Sequence record: KP010268
DNA from: Shigella phage SfMu
Reading direction: 5' to 3' (one strand)
Length of the DNA stretch: 37,146 nt
Every line of letters starts with the position of its first letter. Position 1 is the first letter of the stretch. The notes under the pieces were generated by a model, which was not told the origin of the DNA, did not search any database, and saw only the letters and a program-made list of their open reading frames with translations. The translations under genes were made by a program, and so were the position numbers. Of the stretch, positions 1 through 9,022 are shown one piece after another.

Positions 1-176
1 TGTATTGATTCACGAGAAGTACGAAAAATACCGGGAGGACATTGGATTATTCGGGATTTGACGGGATTTGATTTGGTGGGGCTTGCAAGCCTGTAGAGCA
101 GATTTTAGTCGTTAAGCCGTGAAACGCGAAAGATTACCAGATAATGGCTTTGTTTCATTAAAAATACGAAAAACAA
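1..176. mobile_element. Left end (attL) with three transposase-binding repeats (L1 about 6-28, L2 about 114-135, L3 about 151-176)
   Basis: Repeated ...GAAGTACGAAAAA / GTGAAACGCGAAAGA / GTTTCATTAAAAATACGAAAAAC motifs near the terminus, matching the Mu-family end-site pattern from recall. Confidence 0.8.
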
Positions 177-325
177 AATAACTACTGAACTTGCTTCTAA
201 ACAATTCAAAAAAGCTTCAAAACAAATAACAACAGGGCGACTGTTGAACGATTATACCGCAAAACAGTCTATAACATCCTAAACCCATTATTGAGGTAAG
301 CCGTGCTTTAGTTCGCTCCTGGTTG

Positions 326-850
326 TTATACAGCTTTTTTTACATCGTCTTCTCTTGCCGGGAGGTTGTGTTCCTTATTTTCATACTGAGATAAAATCTC
401 TCTCGCTTTTTCCGGCGGTAATGCTTGAAGTGTCTGTAGGGTTCTTTGTTGTTCCACAGTAACCCCCAATGCTTCTAACGCTTTATCTTTGCTAACAATT
501 GTCGGCATAAGACCTTTAATTCCTGCCACACGAATGATCTCAATAGCCGCAGCTTGCTCATCAGGCGTTAAGAAACTCATTGCATAAACTAGCCGCTCAT
601 CAACTGTATGATGGCTTGGTACATGTACTGGAGGGGTATCAGAAAATGATGCTCCCTTAATAGCCCTTTGGGTTTCTTCTGGTAAGCTGTTGATGTGATA
701 TTCATAAGCCACACCTTTTCCACCATGACGTTGACGTTTTACCCAATCTTCTGCCACAGCCTTTCTGGTAATGTTAGTCGCCAACTTTGGCACACCAGGC
801 ATCCCCTCCAGCTCTTTCGCATTAAACCATTCTTTGATTTCAAAAGACAT
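326..850 (-). CDS. c: Lysogenic repressor c (D108-type N-terminal DNA-binding domain, Mu-like C-terminus)
   Basis: 174 aa, leftward, first gene inside the left end; C-terminus ...LQALPPEKAREILSQYENKEH...VKKAV resembles Mu repressor; N-terminus [27 protein letters not shown] is visibly similar to the transposase N-terminus. Confidence 0.85.
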   Translation of the reverse strand: MSFEIKEWFNAKELEGMPGVPKLATNITRKAVAEDWVKRQRHGGKGVAYEYHINSLPEETQRAIKGASFSDTPPVHVPSHHTVDERLVYAMSFLTPDEQAAAIEIIRVAGIKGLMPTIVSKDKALEALGVTVEQQRTLQTLQALPPEKAREILSQYENKEHNLPAREDDVKKAV

Positions 851-1039
851 TGTTTAAAATCCCAATGATTTCATTAAAGTTGAAAAAAAATTACTTTAAA
901 TTTCAAATAATTAATCAAGATGCTGTAAAATCTTTTCAAATCATCATTGATTCCAAAAAGATTTCACTGTACATTGCTCGATATGCCGTGAGCTACTTTG
1001 CAGAGTAGCTCACGGGTGAATCTGAAAGGATTACATGAA
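851..1039. promoter_or_regulatory. Immunity control region between c and ner: divergent repressor/early promoters, operators, likely transposition enhancer (IAS)
   Basis: AT-rich 189-bp divergent intergenic region between repressor and ner, as in Mu/D108; individual operators not resolved. Confidence 0.6.
986..1015. promoter_or_regulatory. Perfect 11-bp inverted repeat CCGTGAGCTAC-N8-GTAGCTCACGG, probable Ner operator (D108 type)
   Basis: Read directly in the sequence, about 25 bp upstream of the ner start; matches my recollection of the D108 Ner binding site. Confidence 0.6.
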
Positions 1040-1261
1040 ATGCATATGAATAAAAGAGCTAACCGCCAAGACTGGCATCGGGCTGACATCGTTGCTGAGT
1101 TACGAAAACGCAATATGTCACTGGCCGAATTGGGAAGATCGAATCATCTTTCGTCTTCAACATTAAAAAATGCTTTAGATAAGAGATACCCAAAAGCGGA
1201 AAAAATCATTGCAGATGCATTGGGAATGACACCGCAGGATATCTGGCCATCTCGATACTAG
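1040..1261 (+). CDS. ner: Ner, early negative regulator (DNA-binding, 73 aa)
   Basis: [34 protein letters not shown]...; AAGGA RBS 9 nt upstream of ATG 1040; the six-frame ORF from 998 begins inside the operator palindrome so the internal start is preferred. Confidence 0.85.
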
Positions 1262-1268
1262 GTGCGCT

Positions 1269-3257
1269 ATGAAAGAGTGGTATACAGCGAAAGAATTGCT
1301 TGGTTTTGCTGGTTTGCCAAAGCAAGCAACTAACATTACACGTAAGGCACAAAGAGAAGGCTGGGTGTTTAGGCAAGTTACAGGTACTAAAGGTGTATCA
1401 TTTGAATTCAATATCAAATCATTTCCTGTTGCATTACGTGCTGAAATTTTATTGCAACAAGGAGGTATTGAAACAAGCCAGGGCCGTTTTGAAATCGCCC
1501 GCCCCACGCTGGAAGCCTATGATTATGATCGTGAGGCACTGTGGAGCAAATGGGATAACGCCAGCGATTCCCAGCGCAGACTTGCTGAAAAATGGTTGCC
1601 TGCGGTTCAGGCCGCAGACGAAATGCTGAACCAGGGGATTTCAACGAAAACGGCTTTTGCGACCGTTGCAGGGCATTACCAGGTCAGCGCATCCACTTTG
1701 CGTGACAAGTATTACCAGGTACAGAAGTTTGCGAAGCCTGACTGGGCGGCTGCTCTTGTTGATGGACGTGGTGCATCCCGTCGCAACGTTCACAAAAGTG
1801 AATTTGACGAGGATGCCTGGCAGTTTCTGATTGCAGATTATCTGCGACCGGAAAAACCCGCCTTCCGCAAATGTTATGAGCGTCTGGAACTGGCAGCCCG
1901 CGAGCATGGCTGGAGTATTCCCTCCCGTGCCACGGCCTTTCGCCGGATTCAGCAACTGGACGAGGCAATGGTTGTTGCCTGTCGTGAAGGTGAACATGCA
2001 CTGATGCATCTGATACCGGCACAGCAGCGAACTGTGGAACACCTGGACGCCATGCAGTGGATCAACGGCGACGGTTATCTGCATAACGTCTTTGTACGCT
2101 GGTTTAACGGTGATGTGATCCGTCCGAAAACATGGTTCTGGCAGGATGTGAAAACCCGAAAAATTCTGGGCTGGCGCTGCGATGTGAGCGAGAACATTGA
2201 TTCAATTCGCCTCTCGTTCATGGATGTTGTGACTCGCTACGGTATCCCGGAGGATTTTCACATCACCATTGATAACACCCGTGGTGCTGCGAATAAATGG
2301 CTGACGGGAGGCGCGCCCAATCGCTACCGCTTTAAGGTAAAAGAGGACGATCCAAAAGGACTGTTTTTACTGATGGGTGCGAAAATGCACTGGACAAGCG
2401 TTGTTGCCGGTAAAGGCTGGGGCCAGGCAAAACCTGTTGAACGTGCTTTCGGTGTTGGTGGGCTTGAGGAATACGTTGATAAGCATCCGGCACTGGCTGG
2501 CGCATATACGGGGCCAAATCCGCAGGCAAAACCTGATAACTATGGCGACCGCGCTGTTGATGCAGAGCTGTTTCTGAAAACCCTTGCCGAAGGTGTGGCG
2601 ATGTTCAATGCCAGAACAGGCCGTGAAACAGAAATGTGCGGGGGCAAACTCTCGTTTGATGATGTTTTCGAGCGTGAATACGCCAGAACGATTGTGCGTA
2701 AGCCAACCGAAGAACAAAAACGGATGCTGTTACTGCCTGCCGAGGCGGTGAACGTTTCACGCAAAGGCGAGTTTACGCTTAAAGTTGGCGGCTCCCTTAA
2801 AGGCGCGAAAAACGTTTATTACAACATGGCATTAATGAATGCCGGAGTGAAAAAAGTTGTGGTCAGATTTGATCCACAGCAGTTACACAGCACGGTTTAT
2901 TGCTACACCCTGGACGGTCGGTTTATCTGTGAAGCGGAATGTCTGGCACCTGTTGCGTTTAATGATGCTGCGGCAGGCCGTGAATATCGCCGCCGCCAGA
3001 AACAACTGAAATCTGCGACGAAAGCAGCGATTAAGGCACAGAAACAAATGGATGCACTGGAAGTGGCAGAGCTGCTGCCGCAGATAGCCGAATCTGAAGC
3101 ACCAGAATCACGAATTGTCGGCATTTTCCGGCCTTCCGGTAATACGGAACGGGTGAAGAATCAGGAGCGTGATGATGAATACGAAACTGAGCGTGATGAA
3201 TATCTGAATCATTCGCTGGATATTCTGGAACAGAACAGACGTAAAAAAGTCATTTAA
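1269..3257 (+). CDS. A: Transposase A (MuA-like DDE transposase)
   Basis: 662 aa, the size and position of MuA; N-terminal domain [27 protein letters not shown] paralogous to repressor N-terminus; follows ner. Confidence 0.92.
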
Positions 3258-3295
3258 TTAACGTTTTAACAAAATTTAATTACGAGGTTATTCAG

Positions 3296-4234
3296 ATGAA
3301 TATTTCCGATATTCGCGCAGGACTGCGCACGCTTGTAGAAAATGAAGAAACCACCTTTAAACAAATTGCTCTTGAGAGCGGGCTTTCTACCGGAACTATC
3401 AGTAGTTTTATCAATGATAAGTACAACGGGGATAACGAGCGTGTTTTACAAATGCTGCAACGCTGGCTGGAAAAATATCATGCAGTTGCAGAGCTACCTG
3501 AACCGCCCCGCTTTGTGGAAACGCAGACGGTAAAACAAATCTGGACAAGTATGCGTTTTGCCAGCCTGACTGAAAGTATTGCTGTTGTATGTGGCAATCC
3601 TGGTGTGGGCAAAACCGAAGCGGCCCGTGAATATCGCCGCACCAATAACAATGTCTGGATGATCACCATTACGCCATCCTGTGCCAGCGTTCTGGAATGT
3701 CTTACTGAACTGGCGTTTGAGCTGGGAATGAATGACGCACCACGCCGTAAAGGGCCGCTCTCCCGCGCCCTGCGACGTCGCCTTGAAGGTACACAGGGGC
3801 TGGTTATCATCGACGAAGCAGATCATCTTGGTACTGAAGCTCTGGAAGAACTCCGCCTGTTACAGGAATCAACCCATATTGGCCTTGTGCTGATGGGCAA
3901 TCACCGCGTTTATTCAAATATGACGGGGGGTAACAGAACGGTTGAATTTGCCCGTCTGTTTTCCCGTATTGCAAAGCCCACTGCAATTAATAAAACCAAA
4001 AAAGCCGATGTAAAAGCTATTGCGGATGCCTGGCATATTAACGGCGAAAAAGAACTGGAGTTATTACAGCAGATTGCGCAGAAACCCGGTGCGCTTCGCA
4101 TTCTGAATCATTCACTTCGCCTTGCCGCCATGACAGCCCATGGTAAAGGTGAGCGTGTTAATGAAGATTATCTGCGTCAGGCTTTCCGTGAATTAGACCT
4201 GGACGTTGATATTTCAACGCTGCTGCGTAATTAA
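3296..4234 (+). CDS. B: Transposition ATPase B (MuB-like AAA+ target DNA activator)
   Basis: 312 aa; Walker A GNPGVGKT and Walker B-like VIIDEADHL visible; directly downstream of A. Confidence 0.92.
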   Translation: MNISDIRAGLRTLVENEETTFKQIALESGLSTGTISSFINDKYNGDNERVLQMLQRWLEKYHAVAELPEPPRFVETQTVKQIWTSMRFASLTESIAVVCGNPGVGKTEAAREYRRTNNNVWMITITPSCASVLECLTELAFELGMNDAPRRKGPLSRALRRRLEGTQGLVIIDEADHLGTEALEELRLLQESTHIGLVLMGNHRVYSNMTGGNRTVEFARLFSRIAKPTAINKTKKADVKAIADAWHINGEKELELLQQIAQKPGALRILNHSLRLAAMTAHGKGERVNEDYLRQAFRELDLDVDISTLLRN

Positions 4235-4249
4235 GAAGGATAAGAAATT

Positions 4250-4477
4250 ATGATGGCCCGAAATATAAAAATGGCAACGGATGCGCAGAACTGGTTACAG
4301 GCGCGCGGGAGTCACGTGAATGAATCATATCTCGGCGTGGCGCGTCCGATCCTTGAAATCACTTACCCTCCGGTGGAACTGGTAAAAAGCGCGGTCAGAA
4401 TTATGGAGCATAAGTCCGGGGTAGCCCGTTCTGTATGGACGGCCCGTCTTAATGGTTGCCAGATTATCTGGAGATAA
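4250..4477 (+). CDS. Small early protein, Kil-like by position (75 aa)
   Basis: First gene after B, where Mu kil lies; name is by position only. Confidence 0.55.
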   Translation: MMARNIKMATDAQNWLQARGSHVNESYLGVARPILEITYPPVELVKSAVRIMEHKSGVARSVWTARLNGCQIIWR

Positions 4478-4479
4478 CG

Positions 4480-4710
4480 ATGTGTACTAAAGCTGAAAAA
4501 TATATTGAATGGGTTAAACGGGTACAGAATAACAATGTGGCTCTGACTGCATTTAATTGCCCCAAATGCAAAGAGCAAATTATGACGCAATGCTCACCAG
4601 AAAATGAAGTATGGGACTCCTTTGCATGTTGTCCGTGGTGCAGCGCAGTTTTCTTTAAGCAGGTAAAAGGCGCGAAGGTAAAAGCCAGCGCAGTTATTCA
4701 GAATCAATAA
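4480..4710 (+). CDS. Small early protein with zinc-ribbon Cys motifs (76 aa)
   Basis: CPKC ... CCPWC motifs; GGAG RBS 6 nt upstream of ATG 4480 (six-frame ORF extends to 4456). Confidence 0.6.
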   Translation: MCTKAEKYIEWVKRVQNNNVALTAFNCPKCKEQIMTQCSPENEVWDSFACCPWCSAVFFKQVKGAKVKASAVIQNQ

Positions 4711-4721
4711 GGAGAAACAAA

Positions 4722-4985
4722 ATGGCAAAAGTAATTATTGAAATTAAAAATACAGTATCTGGAATTAAAGGACGGAATTTGCGCACCAGCATTGCGGTTG
4801 ACGGTAGTGTGGAACTGGACGGTGATGAGGGGACACTTGCAGGTCTGGTGGCGTTACTGGTGCTTAATAAAAGCCAGAAAATAATTAATGAGTCAGCCCA
4901 TGAAGCTATCGAGATTTTGAAAAACGATGGTGTCATTACCGGTGGCCGTGTCACTGAAATGGCTGTTGAAAAAACATGCCACTGA
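4722..4985 (+). CDS. Hypothetical early protein (87 aa)
   Basis: Strong AAGGAG RBS upstream of ATG; tightly packed in the early operon. Confidence 0.65.
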   Translation: MAKVIIEIKNTVSGIKGRNLRTSIAVDGSVELDGDEGTLAGLVALLVLNKSQKIINESAHEAIEILKNDGVITGGRVTEMAVEKTCH

Positions 4986-4999
4986 AAGGAACGCTGACA

Positions 5000-5419
5000 A
5001 TGAACGTCAAAATCCGAAATGAAATCCGGGCATTAATTCGGATTAAAGAGCGTAATAACAATGGTGGAGACTTGCGCGAATTTATTTGTGCGCGCGAAGT
5101 TGAGGGGTATGGCGAAAAGACTTACCTGATTGCATTTGACCATTACAGCATTTGTGCGCGTTATTGCGGAGAGGCGGTATTCCGCGCCATTACGTTTGGC
5201 AATGCCTTCAATGTGGATTTATGGGAGTACGTCATGGACCGGGAATACATCTGCGCATCAGACCCTGAAGCCCGTGAAATGTGGCAGCGTATCTGGCGCG
5301 ATTACCGGTTAATGGCAAAAGGCTGGGCGCGCTGTTGTTATTCCTCGCTTGCCCTGAAAGCGGTTCAGTTATCGCTGCGGCATATTCCGGCATCACTGCG
5401 CGAGCCTCTGTTGTACTGA
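5000..5419 (+). CDS. Hypothetical early protein (139 aa)
   Basis: AAGGA RBS 9 nt upstream of ATG 5000; six-frame ORF extends to 4976 overlapping the previous gene. Confidence 0.6.
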   Translation: MNVKIRNEIRALIRIKERNNNGGDLREFICAREVEGYGEKTYLIAFDHYSICARYCGEAVFRAITFGNAFNVDLWEYVMDREYICASDPEAREMWQRIWRDYRLMAKGWARCCYSSLALKAVQLSLRHIPASLREPLLY

Positions 5420-5719
5420 GTGGTGACCGGAATGACGTGTAATCGTAAACGCTGGTCACGCGAAGACCGGGAATTTATCGAAGCCAGTGTCGGAAAAATG
5501 ACCGTCGAGGAAATGGCGAAAAAACTGAAAGTTGCCCCAACCGCCCTACAGGCACATGCCAGAAGGCACGGAATATCGTTGTGTGCATACCGGGTCAGTG
5601 AGCACGACAAATATTTATGCCGTGAACTTCATAAAGAAGGGCTGGCTATTCATGTGATAGCCAAAAAGATGGAATTAAGCAATCGTGCTGTATCCGGCAT
5701 TGTATACAGTGAATATTAA
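5420..5719 (+). CDS. Hypothetical early protein (99 aa), possible helix-turn-helix
   Basis: ORF abuts the previous stop; start codon uncertain (GTG 5420 or ATG 5432). Confidence 0.5.
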   Translation: MVTGMTCNRKRWSREDREFIEASVGKMTVEEMAKKLKVAPTALQAHARRHGISLCAYRVSEHDKYLCRELHKEGLAIHVIAKKMELSNRAVSGIVYSEY

Positions 5720-5737
5720 TTAACAGGAGCTTTATTT

Positions 5738-6262
5738 ATGGCTAAACCCGCAAAACGAATCAGGAACGCCGCAGCGGCTTATGTTCCGCAATCCCGCGAT
5801 GCTGTGGTATGTGATATCCGCCGGATTGGGGACCTGCAACGCGAAGCGGCACGACTTGAAACGGAAATGAATGATGCCATCGCGGAAATTACGGAGAAAT
5901 TTGCAGCCCGGATTGCACCGCTTAAAACCGATATTGAAACCCTTTCAAAAGGCGTTCAGGGATGGTGTGAAGCGAACCGCGACGAACTGACGAACGGCGG
6001 CAAAGTGAAGACGGCAAATCTTGTCACCGGCGATGTATCATGGCGTCAACGCCCGCCGTCAGTGAGCATTCGCGGCGTGGATGCCGTGATGGAAACGCTG
6101 GAGCGTCTTGGCCTGCAACGCTTTATTCGCACGAAGCAGGAAATCAACAGGGAAGCGATTTTACTGGAACCGAAAGCGGTCGCAGGCGTTGCCGGAATTA
6201 CGGTTAAATCAGGCATTGAGGATTTTTCTATTATTCCATTTGAACAGGAAGCCGGTATTTAA
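5738..6262 (+). CDS. gam: Gam, DNA-end-binding host-nuclease inhibitor (Ku-like)
   Basis: 174 aa MAKPAKRI...AAAAYVPQ...IPFEQEAGI recognised as Mu Gam; AGGAG RBS. Confidence 0.9.
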   Translation: MAKPAKRIRNAAAAYVPQSRDAVVCDIRRIGDLQREAARLETEMNDAIAEITEKFAARIAPLKTDIETLSKGVQGWCEANRDELTNGGKVKTANLVTGDVSWRQRPPSVSIRGVDAVMETLERLGLQRFIRTKQEINREAILLEPKAVAGVAGITVKSGIEDFSIIPFEQEAGI

Positions 6263-6359
6263 TACCACCATTAATATTTAATTAATTCACATTCTTTTAA
6301 TTATGGCGCGATGCGTCAGGGGACGACTCGCGCCTGAATCAGGACCAGAGGAAATGAAT

Positions 6360-6908
6360 ATGAAAGCATATGCTTATTTTAAACTGAGTGACGCAGCCGC
6401 TAACGGTTATACGATTCGCTGGCTGAAAGATGTTTCTGTTAAGCGTGACAAAATCATCTGCTCATTGCAGCGTGCGTTTGGCGCAGACGGTGTTTCCCTT
6501 GTCAGTAACAGAGGGTATGAACGGGTTGAATGTATCTGGATGAATCAATTAGCGCCGGAATTATGGCGTGGTAAATCAGACGGACTGTTTATTGGTGGAT
6601 TTCAGTTTTATGGCGTTGTACCGGATATAACAACACCGGAAGGCCGAAACAATGCGACGCTTATTCAGGAACATGAAGAGCAACTCCGGAAATATCCCAC
6701 ATTCCCGGTCTGGTTGTGTAATGAACTCGGGGTTGATGTTGTACCCAACATGTTTGATCTCAAATCAGTCTGGACGATGCACCACAGCCGTGACGGATTC
6801 GGCATTTTGTTTGAGGTGTGCCTGCTGGATGGTGAGGTTAAGGGACCGGTTCCTGCCGAATGCCAGCGCATTAAACATTCTGAATTTGTGGCACTGACGG
6901 AGGAATAA
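6360..6908 (+). CDS. Hypothetical early protein (182 aa)
   Basis: AGAGGA RBS 7 nt upstream of ATG 6360; six-frame ORF extends to 6303. Confidence 0.6.
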   Translation: MKAYAYFKLSDAAANGYTIRWLKDVSVKRDKIICSLQRAFGADGVSLVSNRGYERVECIWMNQLAPELWRGKSDGLFIGGFQFYGVVPDITTPEGRNNATLIQEHEEQLRKYPTFPVWLCNELGVDVVPNMFDLKSVWTMHHSRDGFGILFEVCLLDGEVKGPVPAECQRIKHSEFVALTEE

Positions 6909-6911
6909 CCG

Positions 6912-7442
6912 GTGATTGATGCAAAAGTTCTGAACGGTGTCAGCACATTATTACGGGCTCACGGGCGTCTGACCTGTGGGGTTCTGGCAGAGAAAATGCA
7001 AATGCCACCCTCTGCAATGGTGTATTTCCTGCGTGATGCGGTTGATGCCGGAGTGCTCACCGAATGCAACGGATTTTATGACGTTCCGCGCCCACGTCCG
7101 ACGCCGCCTGTAAGACGAAACGCAACTGAGCAGCCTGCTGTTGATGATGCGGTGTGGTGCAACTGGCGTCGCTCATTACCCTGGGTGGAAGGTAATACCA
7201 TCCCCGCGCTGGCAAAAGAGTTTGCGACGGGCGTGCTGACCTGTGAGTCAGTCCACATTGTTGCTGAGGTGGATAACAGAATGTGCGAACAGGGAATGCC
7301 CCGTTTTGTGATGGCTTATATCGATATCCGGCTGGGGCGTTTTATTTGCAGTTCAAGCGCCTGGAATATCACCGACCATGTACTGCGTTATCTCATTCTT
7401 GATTGTTCTCTGGCTCCCGCAGCGGTGCAGGAGGTGGCGTGA
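6912..7442 (+). CDS. Hypothetical early protein (176 aa), GTG start
   Basis: GGAGG RBS 8 nt upstream of GTG 6912, immediately after the previous stop. Confidence 0.55.
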   Translation: MIDAKVLNGVSTLLRAHGRLTCGVLAEKMQMPPSAMVYFLRDAVDAGVLTECNGFYDVPRPRPTPPVRRNATEQPAVDDAVWCNWRRSLPWVEGNTIPALAKEFATGVLTCESVHIVAEVDNRMCEQGMPRFVMAYIDIRLGRFICSSSAWNITDHVLRYLILDCSLAPAAVQEVA

Positions 7443-7601
7443 TGTTTTTTAAAACGTCAAATCCCGCAGCACTGCTGGCATGGGACCAGTTTATGGCGCT
7501 GCCTGAAACTACGCGAAGAAGCCCGCCATCTTGATAAGGTTCTGGGTTGTGGTTGCCGGTCAGTATTCAGCACAGGTATTGGTGGGCGTCATTTTCATGG
7601 C

Positions 7602-7970
7602 GTGAATTTTCCGGGGAATGAGCGACCTTTCTCGCCAGAGTTGTGGACTGTACAACGCTCCGCATCAGGTAACAGTTGCAGGCCAAGAACATCGCGCATT
7701 CCTGCACATCTGCGGGAGCAGTCAAAAGAGCTGGCGAAAATATGGCAGGAGAATATTCCGGTCACTTATGCCCGTACTGACGCTCTCTTACCCGCACTGG
7801 GACTGGATTTCAGCGCAACAATATTCGGCCCGCTCCGGTGGTTCCGTGTTGGTGATGTGATTTACGTCATGACAGGGATGACTCCCGCACAGGGCCGCAT
7901 GACTGAAATCCTTTCTGACGAATTTATCCGGGCGCAAAAACAGGCGGAGGTAAACAATGGAAAACAATGA
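7602..7970 (+). CDS. Hypothetical early protein (122 aa), start uncertain
   Basis: Only long same-strand ORF filling this interval; no convincing RBS at GTG 7602; competing 80-aa frame at 7618..7860 looks less protein-like. Confidence 0.4.
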   Translation: MNFPGNERPFSPELWTVQRSASGNSCRPRTSRIPAHLREQSKELAKIWQENIPVTYARTDALLPALGLDFSATIFGPLRWFRVGDVIYVMTGMTPAQGRMTEILSDEFIRAQKQAEVNNGKQ

Positions 7971-8139
7971 AACATCGTATTCGTGGCTGGGGAAATTTAC
8001 CACGGTGAAACAGGAATGCCCGACCTGCGGTAATGAATCCCCTGAATATCTGAAAGAGTGCCCTCATTGTGGCGGGCAGAAATGCAACCACTGCGATATG
8101 GGCGATGACACGGCGTGCATGAATTGTGAAGGTGAGTGA
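7957..8139 (+). CDS. Small double zinc-ribbon protein (60 aa)
   Basis: Four CxxC motifs (CPTC, CPHC, CNHC, CMNC); GGAGG RBS upstream of ATG. Confidence 0.6.
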   Translation: MENNETSYSWLGKFTTVKQECPTCGNESPEYLKECPHCGGQKCNHCDMGDDTACMNCEGE

Positions 8140-8140
8140 T

Positions 8141-8449
8141 ATGAATAATGGTGTATTTTCAAAATCAGAAGAGCTTGCCGCCCTGCTGATTGCCGGTGGT
8201 TTGCCGAAAAAAGAAGTGCATGACTTTGTGAATTTTGTATATGAGCCGTCTCATGAAAAAGCTATTGACGAGGTCATGGCGTACCGGTTTGGCATTGTTG
8301 CTGAGTCACTGAGTCCTCACTGGATTATTGAAAATCTCCGCGCTATTGCTGATGGCAACGATAAATCAGCAGCCGTTGCTGCACTGGATGTGTTACGGCA
8401 AATGAGTCTGAAATTTTATCCTGAATTTATTCTGAGGGCCGCAAAATGA
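8141..8449 (+). CDS. Hypothetical early protein (102 aa)
   Basis: ATG 8141 directly after previous stop with AGGTGA RBS; six-frame ORF from GTG 8126. Confidence 0.6.
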   Translation: MNNGVFSKSEELAALLIAGGLPKKEVHDFVNFVYEPSHEKAIDEVMAYRFGIVAESLSPHWIIENLRAIADGNDKSAAVAALDVLRQMSLKFYPEFILRAAK

Positions 8450-8748
8450 ACAATGAAGATAAATTTACTCCCCTTAATATTGATAACGTCATGGCTGAAA
8501 AAGGGATGCTGGAACGTGTTCGCGCTATCGTTGAATATGGTATTAAGCATAATCTCACCGCCAGAGAAGTCCGTGACATTATCAACCGCGAAATGAATCG
8601 TCTGGAAACAGTAGTGGCACTGCAAAATGAAACAGCCCGCGAGGAGTACATCCGCCGCAGGCTGGGGTTATCAGACCAGGATATTGTTACTGACGCTCAT
8701 GTGTTTGAGGCTTTTGAGATCCGTCAGCATCTGGGTCTAACGAACTGA
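8446..8748 (+). CDS. Hypothetical early protein (100 aa)
   Basis: ATGA start/stop overlap with previous gene, GAGGG RBS. Confidence 0.6.
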   Translation: MNNEDKFTPLNIDNVMAEKGMLERVRAIVEYGIKHNLTAREVRDIINREMNRLETVVALQNETAREEYIRRRLGLSDQDIVTDAHVFEAFEIRQHLGLTN

Positions 8749-8953
8749 TAATGTCTTCCATGATCTTTGACAGTTGCATGTTTTCGCGGCGGCTTGTTCT
8801 TATTGCAGGCGCATCTTTTAAAATCTCTGCTGAAGAGCTGAAAATGGCCTGGCCCTCTTCTGCGGTGATGATCGCCTTCTTCACCAGAAGGCGCACCAGT
8901 GCTGATGCAATCGCATAACCTGCAACATCATAAGGTTGTACATTATTTTCCAT
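8687..8953 (-). CDS. Candidate reverse-oriented small ORF (88 aa) in the early operon
   Basis: Minus-strand ORF spanning the 274-bp plus-strand gap before gemA; GAGG RBS 5 nt upstream of its ATG; no homology recognised. Confidence 0.3.
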   Translation of the reverse strand: MENNVQPYDVAGYAIASALVRLLVKKAIITAEEGQAIFSSSAEILKDAPAIRTSRRENMQLSKIMEDIISSLDPDADGSQKPQTHERQ

Positions 8954-9022
8954 AAAATCCTCTCTGATTGATGTGTAAATTCAGGCGGTGTTGCAGCACC
9001 GCCTCTTTCCGGAGGTACGATC

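Noticed and set aside
998-1039. Longer ner ORF starting at 998
   Set aside because: The extension begins inside the operator inverted repeat and lacks an RBS; ATG at 1040 has an AAGGA RBS and gives the 73-aa protein expected for Ner
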